From positions 1 to 64,000 of the IMG/VR virus record IMGVR_UViG_3300010885_050383: 64,000 nucleotides of DNA; one strand, given 5' to 3'. Below are positions 10,164 through 19,898 of the stretch, one piece after another (within the stretch, counting starts at the first letter, position 1; each line of letters starts with the position of its first letter). The notes below the pieces were generated by a model, which searched no databases, was not told the DNA's origin, and worked only from the letters and a program-made list of their open reading frames with translations. Source of the stretch: a virus. A program made the position numbers and the translations under genes.

Positions 10164-10841
10164 ATGTCTACCATAAAAATCAACAAGCAAAAGATGAAAA
10201 AAAATCCAAAATCTACTATTCCTAAACAATGTTGTTGTGCAAAAAAGGAAACTAAACGCATTTTAGGAGGAAATACGGGTGCATATCTTGATCCTAAAAA
10301 TAAAGCAGCCATTGACAATATTATAAGAGGTAATGCTCCTATGATTTCAGATAGTGCGGTTCCCTTTATGCGTAGTTTTTTCCATGCTCTTCTTTCCGAG
10401 GCGGAAGGAGACGAAATATCTGCTCCACCAGAGGCAGAAATCAAAGATCTTCCCGCTGCACCACAATCTCCAGATGAATTTACACCAGAAAGAACAAAAC
10501 AATCATTTGATAACTCTTTAGGAAGCCAGACACCAAAAGATGAATTTGATGTTGAAGGGGTTGATCCTAATGTTTCTGTTGAAAGTATTAAACAAATTAA
10601 AAAATGGTCTGAAAAACTTGATCAATTTGCTGAATTTTTAAATGATCCTTCTACGCAATCCTTACACAAGATTCTTGCTGATAATGATCGTGCTGGTAGC
10701 TTACTCCGTGGTGTAACTCGTAAAGCTTCCGACAGTATTACTCGTATTGCTGGTGAAATTGAAAAGTTAAAAGAAGTTCTTAACTCCTTCATCATCATGG
10801 CTCCTAAAAAGCTTCGTGATACTGAGCAATTAAAGGGATAG
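10164..10841 (+). CDS. Hypothetical, candidate head-internal protein
   Basis: 225 aa; TAAATA upstream; LLSE-A motif followed by an acidic/Pro linker. Confidence 0.6.
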   Translation: MSTIKINKQKMKKNPKSTIPKQCCCAKKETKRILGGNTGAYLDPKNKAAIDNIIRGNAPMISDSAVPFMRSFFHALLSEAEGDEISAPPEAEIKDLPAAPQSPDEFTPERTKQSFDNSLGSQTPKDEFDVEGVDPNVSVESIKQIKKWSEKLDQFAEFLNDPSTQSLHKILADNDRAGSLLRGVTRKASDSITRIAGEIEKLKEVLNSFIIMAPKKLRDTEQLKG

Positions 10842-10845
10842 TTTT

Positions 10846-11343
10846 ATGGACAGAGATAGTGCTCTGTTAGAAGAAGCTTATTTAAAGATAGCTGAAGCGT
10901 ATTACGATAGGGAAGATGATCCTTATCATCAATACCGCCAAAATTTGTCTTTTTTTGTTAAAAAAAATGTTTTAAATACAACTTATATAGTACATTTTTA
11001 TTGTAACAGAGCAGAAGTTTCGGGAAAACCAAATAATAATAAAAAAGATTTGGATTATGAATATGAAAACGAAGAATTTTTAGTATGGGATGTTTCTAAA
11101 ACACCAGAGATATTAAAGTTTTATAATGAAGTAATGGAAGATGGTATAGATTTTGTAAGTAATTTAACAGACGAAATTATAAATAAAGCGATTATAAACT
11201 ATCCAAAAAAAAATCCAAATTTCATAGAAAAGTATCGAAGAAACCCAGTTTATGGAGTCTTGATCAGAGATGCATATGACATAGCTGATGATTTTTTATA
11301 TGCTGGTTTTCAATGGGATCTAAAGCATGGATTTAGCCCATAA
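10846..11343 (+). CDS. Hypothetical, candidate head-internal protein
   Basis: N-terminus MDRDSALLEEAYLKIAEA. Confidence 0.6.
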   Translation: MDRDSALLEEAYLKIAEAYYDREDDPYHQYRQNLSFFVKKNVLNTTYIVHFYCNRAEVSGKPNNNKKDLDYEYENEEFLVWDVSKTPEILKFYNEVMEDGIDFVSNLTDEIINKAIINYPKKNPNFIEKYRRNPVYGVLIRDAYDIADDFLYAGFQWDLKHGFSP

Positions 11344-11346
11344 TAA

Positions 11347-12303
11347 TTAATATAAGTTATCTAAAATAAACTTATAGTCAATTTCATTCAAGTTTTCTGA
11401 TACTGCCCAATCATTAAAATCTTTATATGGCTTATCAGGCCACTTAAAAACCTTTTCCTTACGCTCCAAAAGCTTTATAATATTAACCTTTGCCGTCTCA
11501 TCCATCTTTGGATTGTCCAAGACCCAAATTTTATCATGAAAAGGAAACTGTGCTAGTTGTTTTTCCTGTGTTTCGGTTAGGTTAAGTCCTGCAACAGCAA
11601 CTCCATTACGCACCATAATGGCATCTAAGGCTCCTTCAAACAGAAAAAGGCTATCTATAGATGGCTCGGCTCTTTCTATACCAAAAACTGTCTTGTCGGC
11701 TCCACTTTTACCCAAATATCTAGGTTGAGAATCATCAAGTGCTCTGGTTTGATAGAAAACTATCTTTTTACCAAAATCATAATAAGGAATACACAATCTA
11801 TTTTTATGAATATTATCATTAAGACTAATGTAATAAGTAGAATTTTTATTTATTGCCGTGTTAAGCTTTCTTTTTTCTATGTATTCTAATGCTTTTTGAA
11901 AAAATTTATTAGTTCCGTAGAAACATTTTTGCTGATCATCATTCAAATTAATTGAATCATATGGCAGAACTGACATTTCTTTTTGTACAAATCTTTTTTT
12001 AGATATTTCTTGGGTAAGATCTCTAGAGAAATTACCAGAAAAAGCTTCTGAATTAACTTCTTCCCATGTCATACCACTATTTTCTTGAATCCATGCATAT
12101 GCACTCCAGTGTTGAGTACAATTAAAACAATAAAAACTATTGGATTCTGGATAAAAGTATAATCTTTTTTTCTTTAACCAACTTTTGCCCTCTCTACAGA
12201 TAGGACAAGAACCATTATAAATCTTATTGTATTTGTTATATGTAGGATCACCAGCATATGTGTAGAACTTTTCTAACACATAATTGGATGGCAATTGTTT
12301 CAT
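11347..12303 (-). CDS. gp61: DNA primase (gp61-like)
   Basis: Zn-binding CPIC...CFNC, YQTRAL, TOPRIM FLFEGALDA, LDN...D, KDFND. Confidence 0.92.
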   Translation of the reverse strand: MKQLPSNYVLEKFYTYAGDPTYNKYNKIYNGSCPICREGKSWLKKKRLYFYPESNSFYCFNCTQHWSAYAWIQENSGMTWEEVNSEAFSGNFSRDLTQEISKKRFVQKEMSVLPYDSINLNDDQQKCFYGTNKFFQKALEYIEKRKLNTAINKNSTYYISLNDNIHKNRLCIPYYDFGKKIVFYQTRALDDSQPRYLGKSGADKTVFGIERAEPSIDSLFLFEGALDAIMVRNGVAVAGLNLTETQEKQLAQFPFHDKIWVLDNPKMDETAKVNIIKLLERKEKVFKWPDKPYKDFNDWAVSENLNEIDYKFILDNLY

Positions 12304-12337
12304 GCCATTATTCTACTAAATATTTTCGTAGTGTCAA
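12304..12337 (-). promoter_or_regulatory. sigma70-like promoter of primase, leaderless geometry
   Basis: TTGACA-N16-TAGAAT-N6-ATG on - strand. Confidence 0.7.
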
Positions 12338-13182
12338 TAACCTAAACGATAACCACTACCCGGATCACTCATATCTTCATCATTAAAATAATCCCTAGTT
12401 GCCATAGTTCTTTTAAATGTATCTCTTATATCACTACTTGCAGAAAGTGGATCGTAGTTGGCTTCGTCTTCTTCATCAGATTCTTCGGGAGGTCTAAGAA
12501 TAACAGAAAGTTTATTTTCAACATTTTTTCCAACATAATCTTTTTCAATTAACTTTGAAATTATCGCAGAAGCTTCTTCATCATGAAGATAAAGTTCATC
12601 TTCAATAAATCTAATGACTTCATCATAATCAACTGGTGTTTCATGTTCACCAATAAATTCTAACACTTTTTCTTCTTCGGGGGACAGGGTATGTTTATAT
12701 GATTTTTCGTCTGGGGTTTGTTCTGTGTCTTCTAACCCTTCGGTTTCAGAAGGGGGAGCAGCGACTTGTTTTACTGCATCAGTATGATCAATTATTACAT
12801 TAAGAAGAGCTTTTGAAAGATTAGCTACCAAAGTTTTACGATTTTCGCCTTTGTGTTTATAGGCTTCGTGTGCAGCAGTTTCGATAAGATCCATTAAATC
12901 TCTAAAAGTAGAAGGTTTATTTTCTGGCTCTTCGGCATAATCTGCAACTTCTGAAAGCATTGTTTTAAATTTTTCAATATCAATATTTGGATAACGTTCT
13001 CTTTGTCTTTCTCCTCTTCCAGCAAGAGTAGCATTGATAGCAGCATCTATTTCTCCAGATTCAATCTTTTGTTTGAGTGCATTTCCATCGACGGAAATAT
13101 ACGAAAACTTTTCAGATTTCTTTTTACGTCCTTCTTCAAGAATTGAAGAAATAATACTTTCTGCTAAAATATCAAATTTCAT
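12334..13182 (-). CDS. Hypothetical acidic protein with possible C-terminal winged helix; candidate head-internal protein
   Basis: MKFDILAESIISSILEEGRKKK N-terminus; LSPEEEKVLEFI...IISKLIEKDYV wHTH-like segment. Confidence 0.6.
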   Translation of the reverse strand: MKFDILAESIISSILEEGRKKKSEKFSYISVDGNALKQKIESGEIDAAINATLAGRGERQRERYPNIDIEKFKTMLSEVADYAEEPENKPSTFRDLMDLIETAAHEAYKHKGENRKTLVANLSKALLNVIIDHTDAVKQVAAPPSETEGLEDTEQTPDEKSYKHTLSPEEEKVLEFIGEHETPVDYDEVIRFIEDELYLHDEEASAIISKLIEKDYVGKNVENKLSVILRPPEESDEEDEANYDPLSASSDIRDTFKRTMATRDYFNDEDMSDPGSGYRLGY

Positions 13183-13213
13183 ATATTGTATATTTTATTT
13201 ATCTTTTTATATG

Positions 13214-13897
13214 TTAAAAATCGGTAATTATTCTTTTATCTTCTCCTGCATTAGCTGCTTCTTCTAATGTAATGTCAGAAATCAAGCTAGTTTCTTCTCC
13301 AAAAGCATTTCCTTCTTTATCAAGGTACATCTCCATTAACTTAATTCTTTCTTGAGGATTTCCGAAAATTTCAATTATTGGTGGAGCATCCGAAGCATCA
13401 AACACCCTACCATCTTTTTGATTGTAAGAATGAACAAATATCTTAAAAATATTGTCAATTTCTTCTCTATAAATTAAATCCTCTTCACGAAGCTCATCTT
13501 TCTCAAAAGAAACGGGTGCTATGGGAGTAAGAGGAATGAAAAAAACAATATCAAGCATTTTTAATGCTTCTCTGACAATAATTCGTGTTTCGTCTAAAAA
13601 TTTATCAGACACTTTTCCGTTTAAATTTAACCAAGACGAATAAGCAAGGTTATCTAATACGCAACGATCAAAAATAACATTATCAGTTTTAGAGTATTTC
13701 TGCAATTGCTCACAGAGTGCATCAAGAATAAGTCTTTGTCCTTTTTCAGTCCCTTGTTTGGAATGAGGAAGTTTTTTTTTCTTTATAAGATTCCTATATG
13801 ACTCTTTTGGAGTTTCATAATTAGGCCAATTTTTAATAAAATCTCTTATGAATGTACTTTTTCCTGTGCAGTGGGTTCCAGATATTGCTATTTTCAT
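13214..13897 (-). CDS. P-loop nucleotide kinase-like protein (AAA_28/NadR-kinase/thymidylate kinase-like)
   Basis: MKIAISGTHCTGKST Walker A; IFDRCVLDNLAY. Confidence 0.8.
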   Translation of the reverse strand: MKIAISGTHCTGKSTFIRDFIKNWPNYETPKESYRNLIKKKKLPHSKQGTEKGQRLILDALCEQLQKYSKTDNVIFDRCVLDNLAYSSWLNLNGKVSDKFLDETRIIVREALKMLDIVFFIPLTPIAPVSFEKDELREEDLIYREEIDNIFKIFVHSYNQKDGRVFDASDAPPIIEIFGNPQERIKLMEMYLDKEGNAFGEETSLISDITLEEAANAGEDKRIITDF

Positions 13898-13900
13898 TTT

Positions 13901-14167
13901 TTAAATTTCTTCTTTTTCTATTTCGGGGAAGTATTCTAAAAGATTTTCGGTTAAGGGGTCTTCAAATGGGAGATCTTTGAGAATAAAAACATTTTTCAAT
14001 AAGATACTAGGATAGGTTTTTCTTATTTGCAAGGCTAATTTAGTCAATTCTTCGAGATTTTCTTTATACCAATTTGCATTTATATCAGAAGTTGATGAAA
14101 GTAACAGAGACTCAGTTATTAACTGGATCTGTTCTTCTGTTAAGTTATCAATAGAATATGTTTTCAT
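13901..14167 (-). CDS. Hypothetical protein
   Basis: Start placed at the second Met (MKTY), downstream of a TTGATT-N16-TAATAT promoter. Confidence 0.55.
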   Translation of the reverse strand: MKTYSIDNLTEEQIQLITESLLLSSTSDINANWYKENLEELTKLALQIRKTYPSILLKNVFILKDLPFEDPLTENLLEYFPEIEKEEI

Positions 14168-14210
14168 ATATTCCATATATTAACAACTTATGTTAATAAA
14201 TCAAGTTTTT

Positions 14211-14597
14211 TTATTCGTCTGACCAATCAGTATTTTCTGGTGTTTTTCCGTCATTCAAATAACCCATAAGAATATCTTCAATAAATTGAAGTTCTTCTTT
14301 AGAATTTTTACCATCAATATCTAATTTAGAAAGCTGATAACGTTCATTATCTTTTTTTGTAGATTTAGCTAAAGAATCTCGTAAAGACTTTAAAAGTGTC
14401 TTGTATTTGATGAGATCAATTCCATTAACATCTTCTTCGCTAGGAAGAGCAGATGAAGAATCTGAAACTTGAGTAGGTTCAGGTGCTACTGTATTTCCAG
14501 TACCAATAGGACTCTGGCTAGTTGGTGCTGGTAATTGGTTTTCACCACCAATGTCTTCAGTCAACACTTTGTTTACAAGTTTTAAGAATTTACTCAT
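14211..14597 (-). CDS. Hypothetical, candidate head-internal protein
   Basis: MSKFLKLVNKVLTED N-terminus, Pro/Ser linker, TAAATA 7 nt upstream. Confidence 0.6.
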   Translation of the reverse strand: MSKFLKLVNKVLTEDIGGENQLPAPTSQSPIGTGNTVAPEPTQVSDSSSALPSEEDVNGIDLIKYKTLLKSLRDSLAKSTKKDNERYQLSKLDIDGKNSKEELQFIEDILMGYLNDGKTPENTDWSDE

Positions 14598-14613
14598 TGT
14601 TTATTATTTACTC

Positions 14614-15099
14614 TTATTTTATATATTTTGTAAAAAAATCTAAATCATCGCCATTTGGTATACCTATTCTTAGACCTTTATAAGTTCCTTCAACATTCTG
14701 AAAGAGTTTATTATTATTATTCTTTATACTTATGAAATACTTAGTTTTCTTCTTTTTATATAATTTCTTTATATTATTACCAAATTCTTCTGTATTAAGA
14801 AAATAATTAGAATATTCTGAAGATAATTTAGTATCTTTATAAATTGTTAATATTTTAATATTTAAATCCTTAAAAATTATAATAAACAAGTTTAGCAACA
14901 TGTCAAGTTCTTTTTCTAAAAAATATTTAAAATATTTTTCTTTCTGGGTGATTAGCTTGCCATCTAAAAGATCCCATTCTTCAAAATCCCTTATAATATT
15001 ATTAGCTAAAATGGGAAGATATTCGTCTAAAGGGAACACTATAACTCTTTGTGAGATATAGTATATCAAAAAATCTTTAATTTTCGTTTTCTCGGACAT
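14614..15099 (-). CDS. Hypothetical protein
   Basis: 161-aa ORF filling the space between neighbours. Confidence 0.55.
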   Translation of the reverse strand: MSEKTKIKDFLIYYISQRVIVFPLDEYLPILANNIIRDFEEWDLLDGKLITQKEKYFKYFLEKELDMLLNLFIIIFKDLNIKILTIYKDTKLSSEYSNYFLNTEEFGNNIKKLYKKKKTKYFISIKNNNNKLFQNVEGTYKGLRIGIPNGDDLDFFTKYIK

Positions 15100-15640
15100 T
15101 AATATCCATTATAGCATCGACTAAAGCTTTTTCAACTATTTCTGGGGGCAATTCTAACGAAGCTTCTGTAACTAGTTTAGAAAATTCTTTAAGTTGTTTA
15201 GAAAATTTTTGTTTAAATTCGACAGTTTTTATTAATTCTGGTTTAGAAAGTTTACCATAGGTAGGAGTTTCTTGTAAAGAGAAGGTTTCCAGTAATGGTT
15301 CTGTGATAGAAGCAATAATTGCTGCTGTTCTCTTATAAACCCTATCTAATGGAGATTTATATAAAGTATTTTCTTTCAATAATTTACTAGCAACATTAAA
15401 AAGATAAGTCATAATAGCTGCTTTTTCGGTTTTAATTGCTGAAGAATTTAAAAATTCTGGCCCTCTTACATGAAAAGTTCCGTATGGGTTATACAAACAT
15501 CCACTCCCTTGATAAGGAGAACCACAATAAATACACCTTCCGGGTTCGTCCATGTGAACATGAGTATCAGTAGGAGAATAAAGGCAGGGTTTTCCGTAAG
15601 TTGATGAACCACAATATATACATGAAGTTTGATTAGACAT
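15077..15640 (-). CDS. Protein with two tandem CxxC-C-H zinc-finger-like repeats
   Basis: CIYCGSSTYGKPCLYSPTDTHVH / CIYCGSPYQGSGCLYNPYGTFHVR. Confidence 0.7.
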   Translation of the reverse strand: MSNQTSCIYCGSSTYGKPCLYSPTDTHVHMDEPGRCIYCGSPYQGSGCLYNPYGTFHVRGPEFLNSSAIKTEKAAIMTYLFNVASKLLKENTLYKSPLDRVYKRTAAIIASITEPLLETFSLQETPTYGKLSKPELIKTVEFKQKFSKQLKEFSKLVTEASLELPPEIVEKALVDAIMDINVRENEN

Positions 15641-15649
15641 TATTTATAT

Positions 15650-16084
15650 TTAGTGAGGTTGGCGGTATTTTTCTAGTTCTGCTTTAGGAGCTTTACCAAT
15701 TCTGCAATTTATAATCCCATTGTGGTAATCGTCTCTGAATAAAACATCTTTATCTATCTGTTCTTTGATTTCAAAATAAGCCAATGCCCATTTAGAATCA
15801 CATATTCTTAAAATTTTAAATATAAATTTGTCCTTTCCATACTTTTTAATTTCTTCATTCAAATCATTTGAAGAACTTGTATATGTTTTCCAATCCGACT
15901 CTTTAAAATCAATTCGATTGCGAGTTTTACCCTTTAAAGGTTTTCTTTTGATACGAGAATGGCATTGTTTTTTACCAATATACTTTTTATTTGTGACTGA
16001 ATTGGTTATTTCGTAAATAAAACCAAAAGTATTTTCATCCACTACAACATTTTCTTCCAAAACCCAATGTCCAGTATCTTTCAT
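15650..16084 (-). CDS. Stand-alone GIY-YIG endonuclease
   Basis: GFIYEITN...KYIGKKQ...ESDWKTYTSS...FE...YHNGII. Confidence 0.85.
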   Translation of the reverse strand: MKDTGHWVLEENVVVDENTFGFIYEITNSVTNKKYIGKKQCHSRIKRKPLKGKTRNRIDFKESDWKTYTSSSNDLNEEIKKYGKDKFIFKILRICDSKWALAYFEIKEQIDKDVLFRDDYHNGIINCRIGKAPKAELEKYRQPH

Positions 16085-16395
16085 GCTCCTAAGAAGGTTT
16101 CTGGAAATTTTCTAGTGATTGTAGGAAACATTTTCTTTGTAGCAACAGCTGGTCGTTTTTTCCCAATTTTTTTACCGGGTTTTTTGGCATTAGAAGGTTT
16201 TCTATCTGTTTTTTTTGTTTCATATGCTCCAAATAAATTGCGTCCATCATTAGGAGCATAGGTGTCTGCTGAATCAACATTGGATGGCGGATTGTACACA
16301 GCTTGTTGTGGAGTGCCAAACACACCACTAGACATATTACCAGCAGCAATATTTTCCATTATATTATTAAATAAAAGTTGAAATTTATTTGACAT
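16081..16395 (-). CDS. Hypothetical protein with basic C-terminus, candidate head-internal protein
   Basis: MSNKFQLLFNNIMEN N-terminus; Lys-rich tail. Confidence 0.55.
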   Translation of the reverse strand: MSNKFQLLFNNIMENIAAGNMSSGVFGTPQQAVYNPPSNVDSADTYAPNDGRNLFGAYETKKTDRKPSNAKKPGKKIGKKRPAVATKKMFPTITRKFPETFLGA

Positions 16396-16419
16396 ATGTT
16401 AATATTCTTAATATTACTT

Positions 16420-16818
16420 ATGGACAAGCTAGAAGAATTCAAAAAAGAATTGCAAGAAGACACTCAAATAGACGAGTTAAATCTTCTACAAAAGCAATTA
16501 ATGCTTCCTGCCATCAAACATAAATGGGTTGCTCGTTTGATTGATGAAAAAAGAAGGGTTAACAGATTAAAAACCCAAAAGAAAATTATTAGGGAAGGAG
16601 TTTTGACTTCTATGGAAACTAATGGTATTCCACCCGGAATACCTAAAGCTAAGATTGATAGAAAAATAGAAACTTCACAATCTATTATTAAAATAGACGA
16701 AGATATTCAAGAATGTGAAATTTTAATTGAATACCTTGAAAAGGTTGAAAGTATATTTCGATCCATGACCTTCGACTTAAAAAATATCGTTGAAATAACG
16801 AGAATGGAAACAACATAA
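16420..16818 (+). CDS. uvsY: Recombination mediator UvsY
   Basis: EDTQIDELNL...LPAIKHKW...IEYLEKVESIFRSMTFDLKNIVE; directly upstream of uvsW. Confidence 0.8.
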   Translation: MDKLEEFKKELQEDTQIDELNLLQKQLMLPAIKHKWVARLIDEKRRVNRLKTQKKIIREGVLTSMETNGIPPGIPKAKIDRKIETSQSIIKIDEDIQECEILIEYLEKVESIFRSMTFDLKNIVEITRMETT

Positions 16819-18233
16819 TGATTTATATAGATGTTAAAAATCAAAAAGGGCAAATAACTTCAGATTCAGATACTTTAAATCTGATTCGTGAAAAATTTTC
16901 TATTGCTAATCCTGCTTATAGAAAAAACACAAAATTTGTTTCTGCTAGATTATATTCAATAACCCCAAAAGGAAAATTTGAAGTTGGTTTGTTAAAAGAT
17001 ATTGTTACATATATTCAACTTAATGGATATGATTTTACGATAAGTGATGATTTAAAAAAAGAATTTTCGTGTGGGTTCAATGAACCAGTTGTAAAAGAAC
17101 TTTCCCTACCTTTTAGGGATTATCAAGAACAATCTATCATTGCTTCCTTAAAACAAGGCAGGGGAGTCGTTGTAATTCCTACGGCAGGTGGTAAGACTCT
17201 CATCTGTGCGGGACTTATTGAAAGCTTGAGAGAAAATCTCAAAGACCCTGAAGCACTTGTTTTAGTTACAGTTCCTTCCATCCAACTTGTAGAGCAAACT
17301 GCCAATGATTTTATTAACTATGGCATAGAAAAAGTAACCAAATGGTCAGGAAATAATAAACTTGACCCATCTGGACGAGTAATTGTTGCAGGAACACAAT
17401 TTTTATTGTCTGATAAAACAGATTTATCAATTTTGGCAGATGTAAAAATTTTATTAGTCGATGAATGTCATAATTTACGAAAGGGCAATGAAATTAACAA
17501 AGTGTTATCATTTATTAATTCACCGCATAAGTTTGGGTTTACAGGAACCCTACCAACTTCTTTGATAGATCAGTGGAATATTATCGGAAAGCTTGGTCCA
17601 ATAAACTTTGAACAAAAAACTGAAACTTTAAAAAATCAAGATTACATTTCAAACTTTAAAATAACAGTAGTAAAAATTAAACATTCTTCAATGCCAAATT
17701 TTACTGATTATAGTTCTCCGACTGCAACATATGAAAATGAGCTGACATATCTGATTCATAACAATAGAAGAAATGAAATTATTTGTAAAATTGCTGAAAA
17801 ATTAAAGCAAAATACTATTATAATGGTCGATAGAATTGATCATGGGTTAAATATAGAAGCTAAATTAAAAACAAATTGCCCGAAAGATCGACCGATTTTT
17901 TATATAAGCGGAGCAACTGAAGTAGAAGATAGAGAAAAAATAAGAGAATTGATGAAAGATAGGAATGATGTGGTTGTCATTGCTATATCTAAAATATTTA
18001 GTACTGGTATTAACATACCAAATCTTCATAACATTATTTTTGCATCTGCTGGAAAAGCAAAAATAAAGATTATGCAATCCATAGGTCGTGCATTACGTTT
18101 ACATCCCACTAAAAAGTTAGCTAATATATTTGATATTGCAGATAATACCAAATATGGTAAGATACACCTTACTGAACGCAAAAAGCTTTATGACTCAGAA
18201 AATTATGAATACACCGAAAAAGAAATATCGTAA
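16818..18233 (+). CDS. uvsW: UvsW SF2 DNA helicase
   Basis: RDYQ, PTAGGKT, DECH, GFTGT, FSTGINIPNLHNIIFAS, QSIGRALR. Confidence 0.95.
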   Translation: MIYIDVKNQKGQITSDSDTLNLIREKFSIANPAYRKNTKFVSARLYSITPKGKFEVGLLKDIVTYIQLNGYDFTISDDLKKEFSCGFNEPVVKELSLPFRDYQEQSIIASLKQGRGVVVIPTAGGKTLICAGLIESLRENLKDPEALVLVTVPSIQLVEQTANDFINYGIEKVTKWSGNNKLDPSGRVIVAGTQFLLSDKTDLSILADVKILLVDECHNLRKGNEINKVLSFINSPHKFGFTGTLPTSLIDQWNIIGKLGPINFEQKTETLKNQDYISNFKITVVKIKHSSMPNFTDYSSPTATYENELTYLIHNNRRNEIICKIAEKLKQNTIIMVDRIDHGLNIEAKLKTNCPKDRPIFYISGATEVEDREKIRELMKDRNDVVVIAISKIFSTGINIPNLHNIIFASAGKAKIKIMQSIGRALRLHPTKKLANIFDIADNTKYGKIHLTERKKLYDSENYEYTEKEIS

Positions 18234-18846
18234 AAAAAGTAAAATATCAGAAGATACTATAAATTATTCTCCAGAAGAAGCGGAGATTTTAGGTATTGAT
18301 CTTGAAGAAGATCTTCCAATTGAAGAAGACATCGAAGAAATCGAAGAAGAAGAAGATTTTGATGCGGAAGAAATTGAGAAAATTATCGTTGAGGATGATA
18401 CAAAACCTAAAAAAAGAGGCAAAAAACCAGATAAAACTAAATTTTATGTAGATCCGAAAGAATTTGATCAACAAATTATAGTTTATTACAACAGTGGAGT
18501 TTTAAACGACGAACTAGCTGAGATGGTGAGTAAGATTGCACACAAACTAAGCTATGCTCCCAACTTTATAAATTATTCGTATAGAGAAGAAATGGTAGGT
18601 GATGGTATTATTAGAATGTTTAAGGCTCTTATGTCTAAAAAGTACAATCATTCTAAGGGTAATAATCCATTTTCATACTTTACCCGAATAGCTTTTAATG
18701 CATTTAGGAATAGAATCAAGAAAGAAAAGCATATTCATGAGACACACGAAAGGTATCAGAATGAGTATTTAACATTTTCTGAAAACTATAACAATATGGT
18801 TAAAAACAACAGAACCAAAATGTATAAAAACAGTCAAGATAGCTAA
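18205..18846 (+). CDS. gp55: Late-transcription sigma factor gp55 with long acidic N-terminal extension
   Basis: KIAHKLSYAPNFINYSYREEMVGDGI...NPFSYFTRIAFNAFRNRIKKEK. Confidence 0.92.
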   Translation: MNTPKKKYRKKSKISEDTINYSPEEAEILGIDLEEDLPIEEDIEEIEEEEDFDAEEIEKIIVEDDTKPKKRGKKPDKTKFYVDPKEFDQQIIVYYNSGVLNDELAEMVSKIAHKLSYAPNFINYSYREEMVGDGIIRMFKALMSKKYNHSKGNNPFSYFTRIAFNAFRNRIKKEKHIHETHERYQNEYLTFSENYNNMVKNNRTKMYKNSQDS

Positions 18847-19898
18847 TGAGTTATTCAATAAAAAGTAATACTATAGGTATATTTTCTGATATTCATATTG
18901 GGCTAGGCCAAGATAGTGTCATGTGGCATGATATTGTTTTGGATTTTGCTAAATGGGCAGCGAAAAAATATATAAAAGCAGGAATCAATGATATAATAAT
19001 TCCGGGTGATATCTTTCATAATAGAAATGAAATTTCAGTTAATACCATAGCAGTTGCTACAGAATTTTTTGACATATTAAAGGATTTTAGAATTTTCATA
19101 TCTGCTGGAAATCATGACAGCTTCTATAAAGATAGATCTGATGTGAATTCTATAAGCATCCTTAAAGGATGGGACAATATTATTATCATTGATAAAAAAC
19201 CTTTGCTTATAAAGGCAGGAGATAAAACTATTTCCCTCATCCCTTGGGGAACTGATATAGCAGATATTCCAGATGCGGACATTTGTTTTGGTCATTTTGA
19301 AATAAACAATTTTTACATGAATAGTTTCAAAACATGTGATCATGGTTTGGAATCAAAAAGCCTTTTAAACATATCACCTCTTATTATTTCTGGACATTTC
19401 CATAAAATGGATCACAGGGTTTATAATAACGGAGAAATTATTTATGTAGGAAGCCCTTTTCAACATAATTTCGGTGATTGTGGTGATAAAAGAGGCATCC
19501 ACATCTTTAATATAAAAACCAATCAGTTTGAATTCATAGAAAACGACATATCACCAAAGCATATTAAAATTTATTTGAGTAAAATTAAAAAAGGAGAACA
19601 AAATTCCGATTTTTTACAATTCAATGTAAAAAATAATCTAATTTCTCTTGTCATAGACGAAGAACTCAGTAGTGAAAAAATAAATTTGCTGAGTTCAAAA
19701 ATAAATTCTTTCAATCCAAAGTTTTTAAGAATAGATTATAAAAATGTTAATAATGAACTTGAAAAAACCGAAGGAGTTGACTATAATACGGTAGACATCG
19801 AAAAAAACCTTGAAGATTTCATAGAATCATTGGATATCAAATATAAAACAGAAACTACCGAATACCTAACACAATTATACAAAAAATTAACATCATGA
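18846..19898 (+). CDS. gp47: Recombination nuclease gp47 (Mre11/SbcD-like)
   Basis: SDIHIG, GDIFHNR, GNHD, GHFE, SGHFH, YVGSP. Confidence 0.95.
   Translation: MSYSIKSNTIGIFSDIHIGLGQDSVMWHDIVLDFAKWAAKKYIKAGINDIIIPGDIFHNRNEISVNTIAVATEFFDILKDFRIFISAGNHDSFYKDRSDVNSISILKGWDNIIIIDKKPLLIKAGDKTISLIPWGTDIADIPDADICFGHFEINNFYMNSFKTCDHGLESKSLLNISPLIISGHFHKMDHRVYNNGEIIYVGSPFQHNFGDCGDKRGIHIFNIKTNQFEFIENDISPKHIKIYLSKIKKGEQNSDFLQFNVKNNLISLVIDEELSSEKINLLSSKINSFNPKFLRIDYKNVNNELEKTEGVDYNTVDIEKNLEDFIESLDIKYKTETTEYLTQLYKKLTS

Noticed and set aside
15650-16084. Mobile homing endonuclease
   Set aside because: Only a catalytic domain, with no NUMOD/HTH DNA-binding tail and no interrupted host gene
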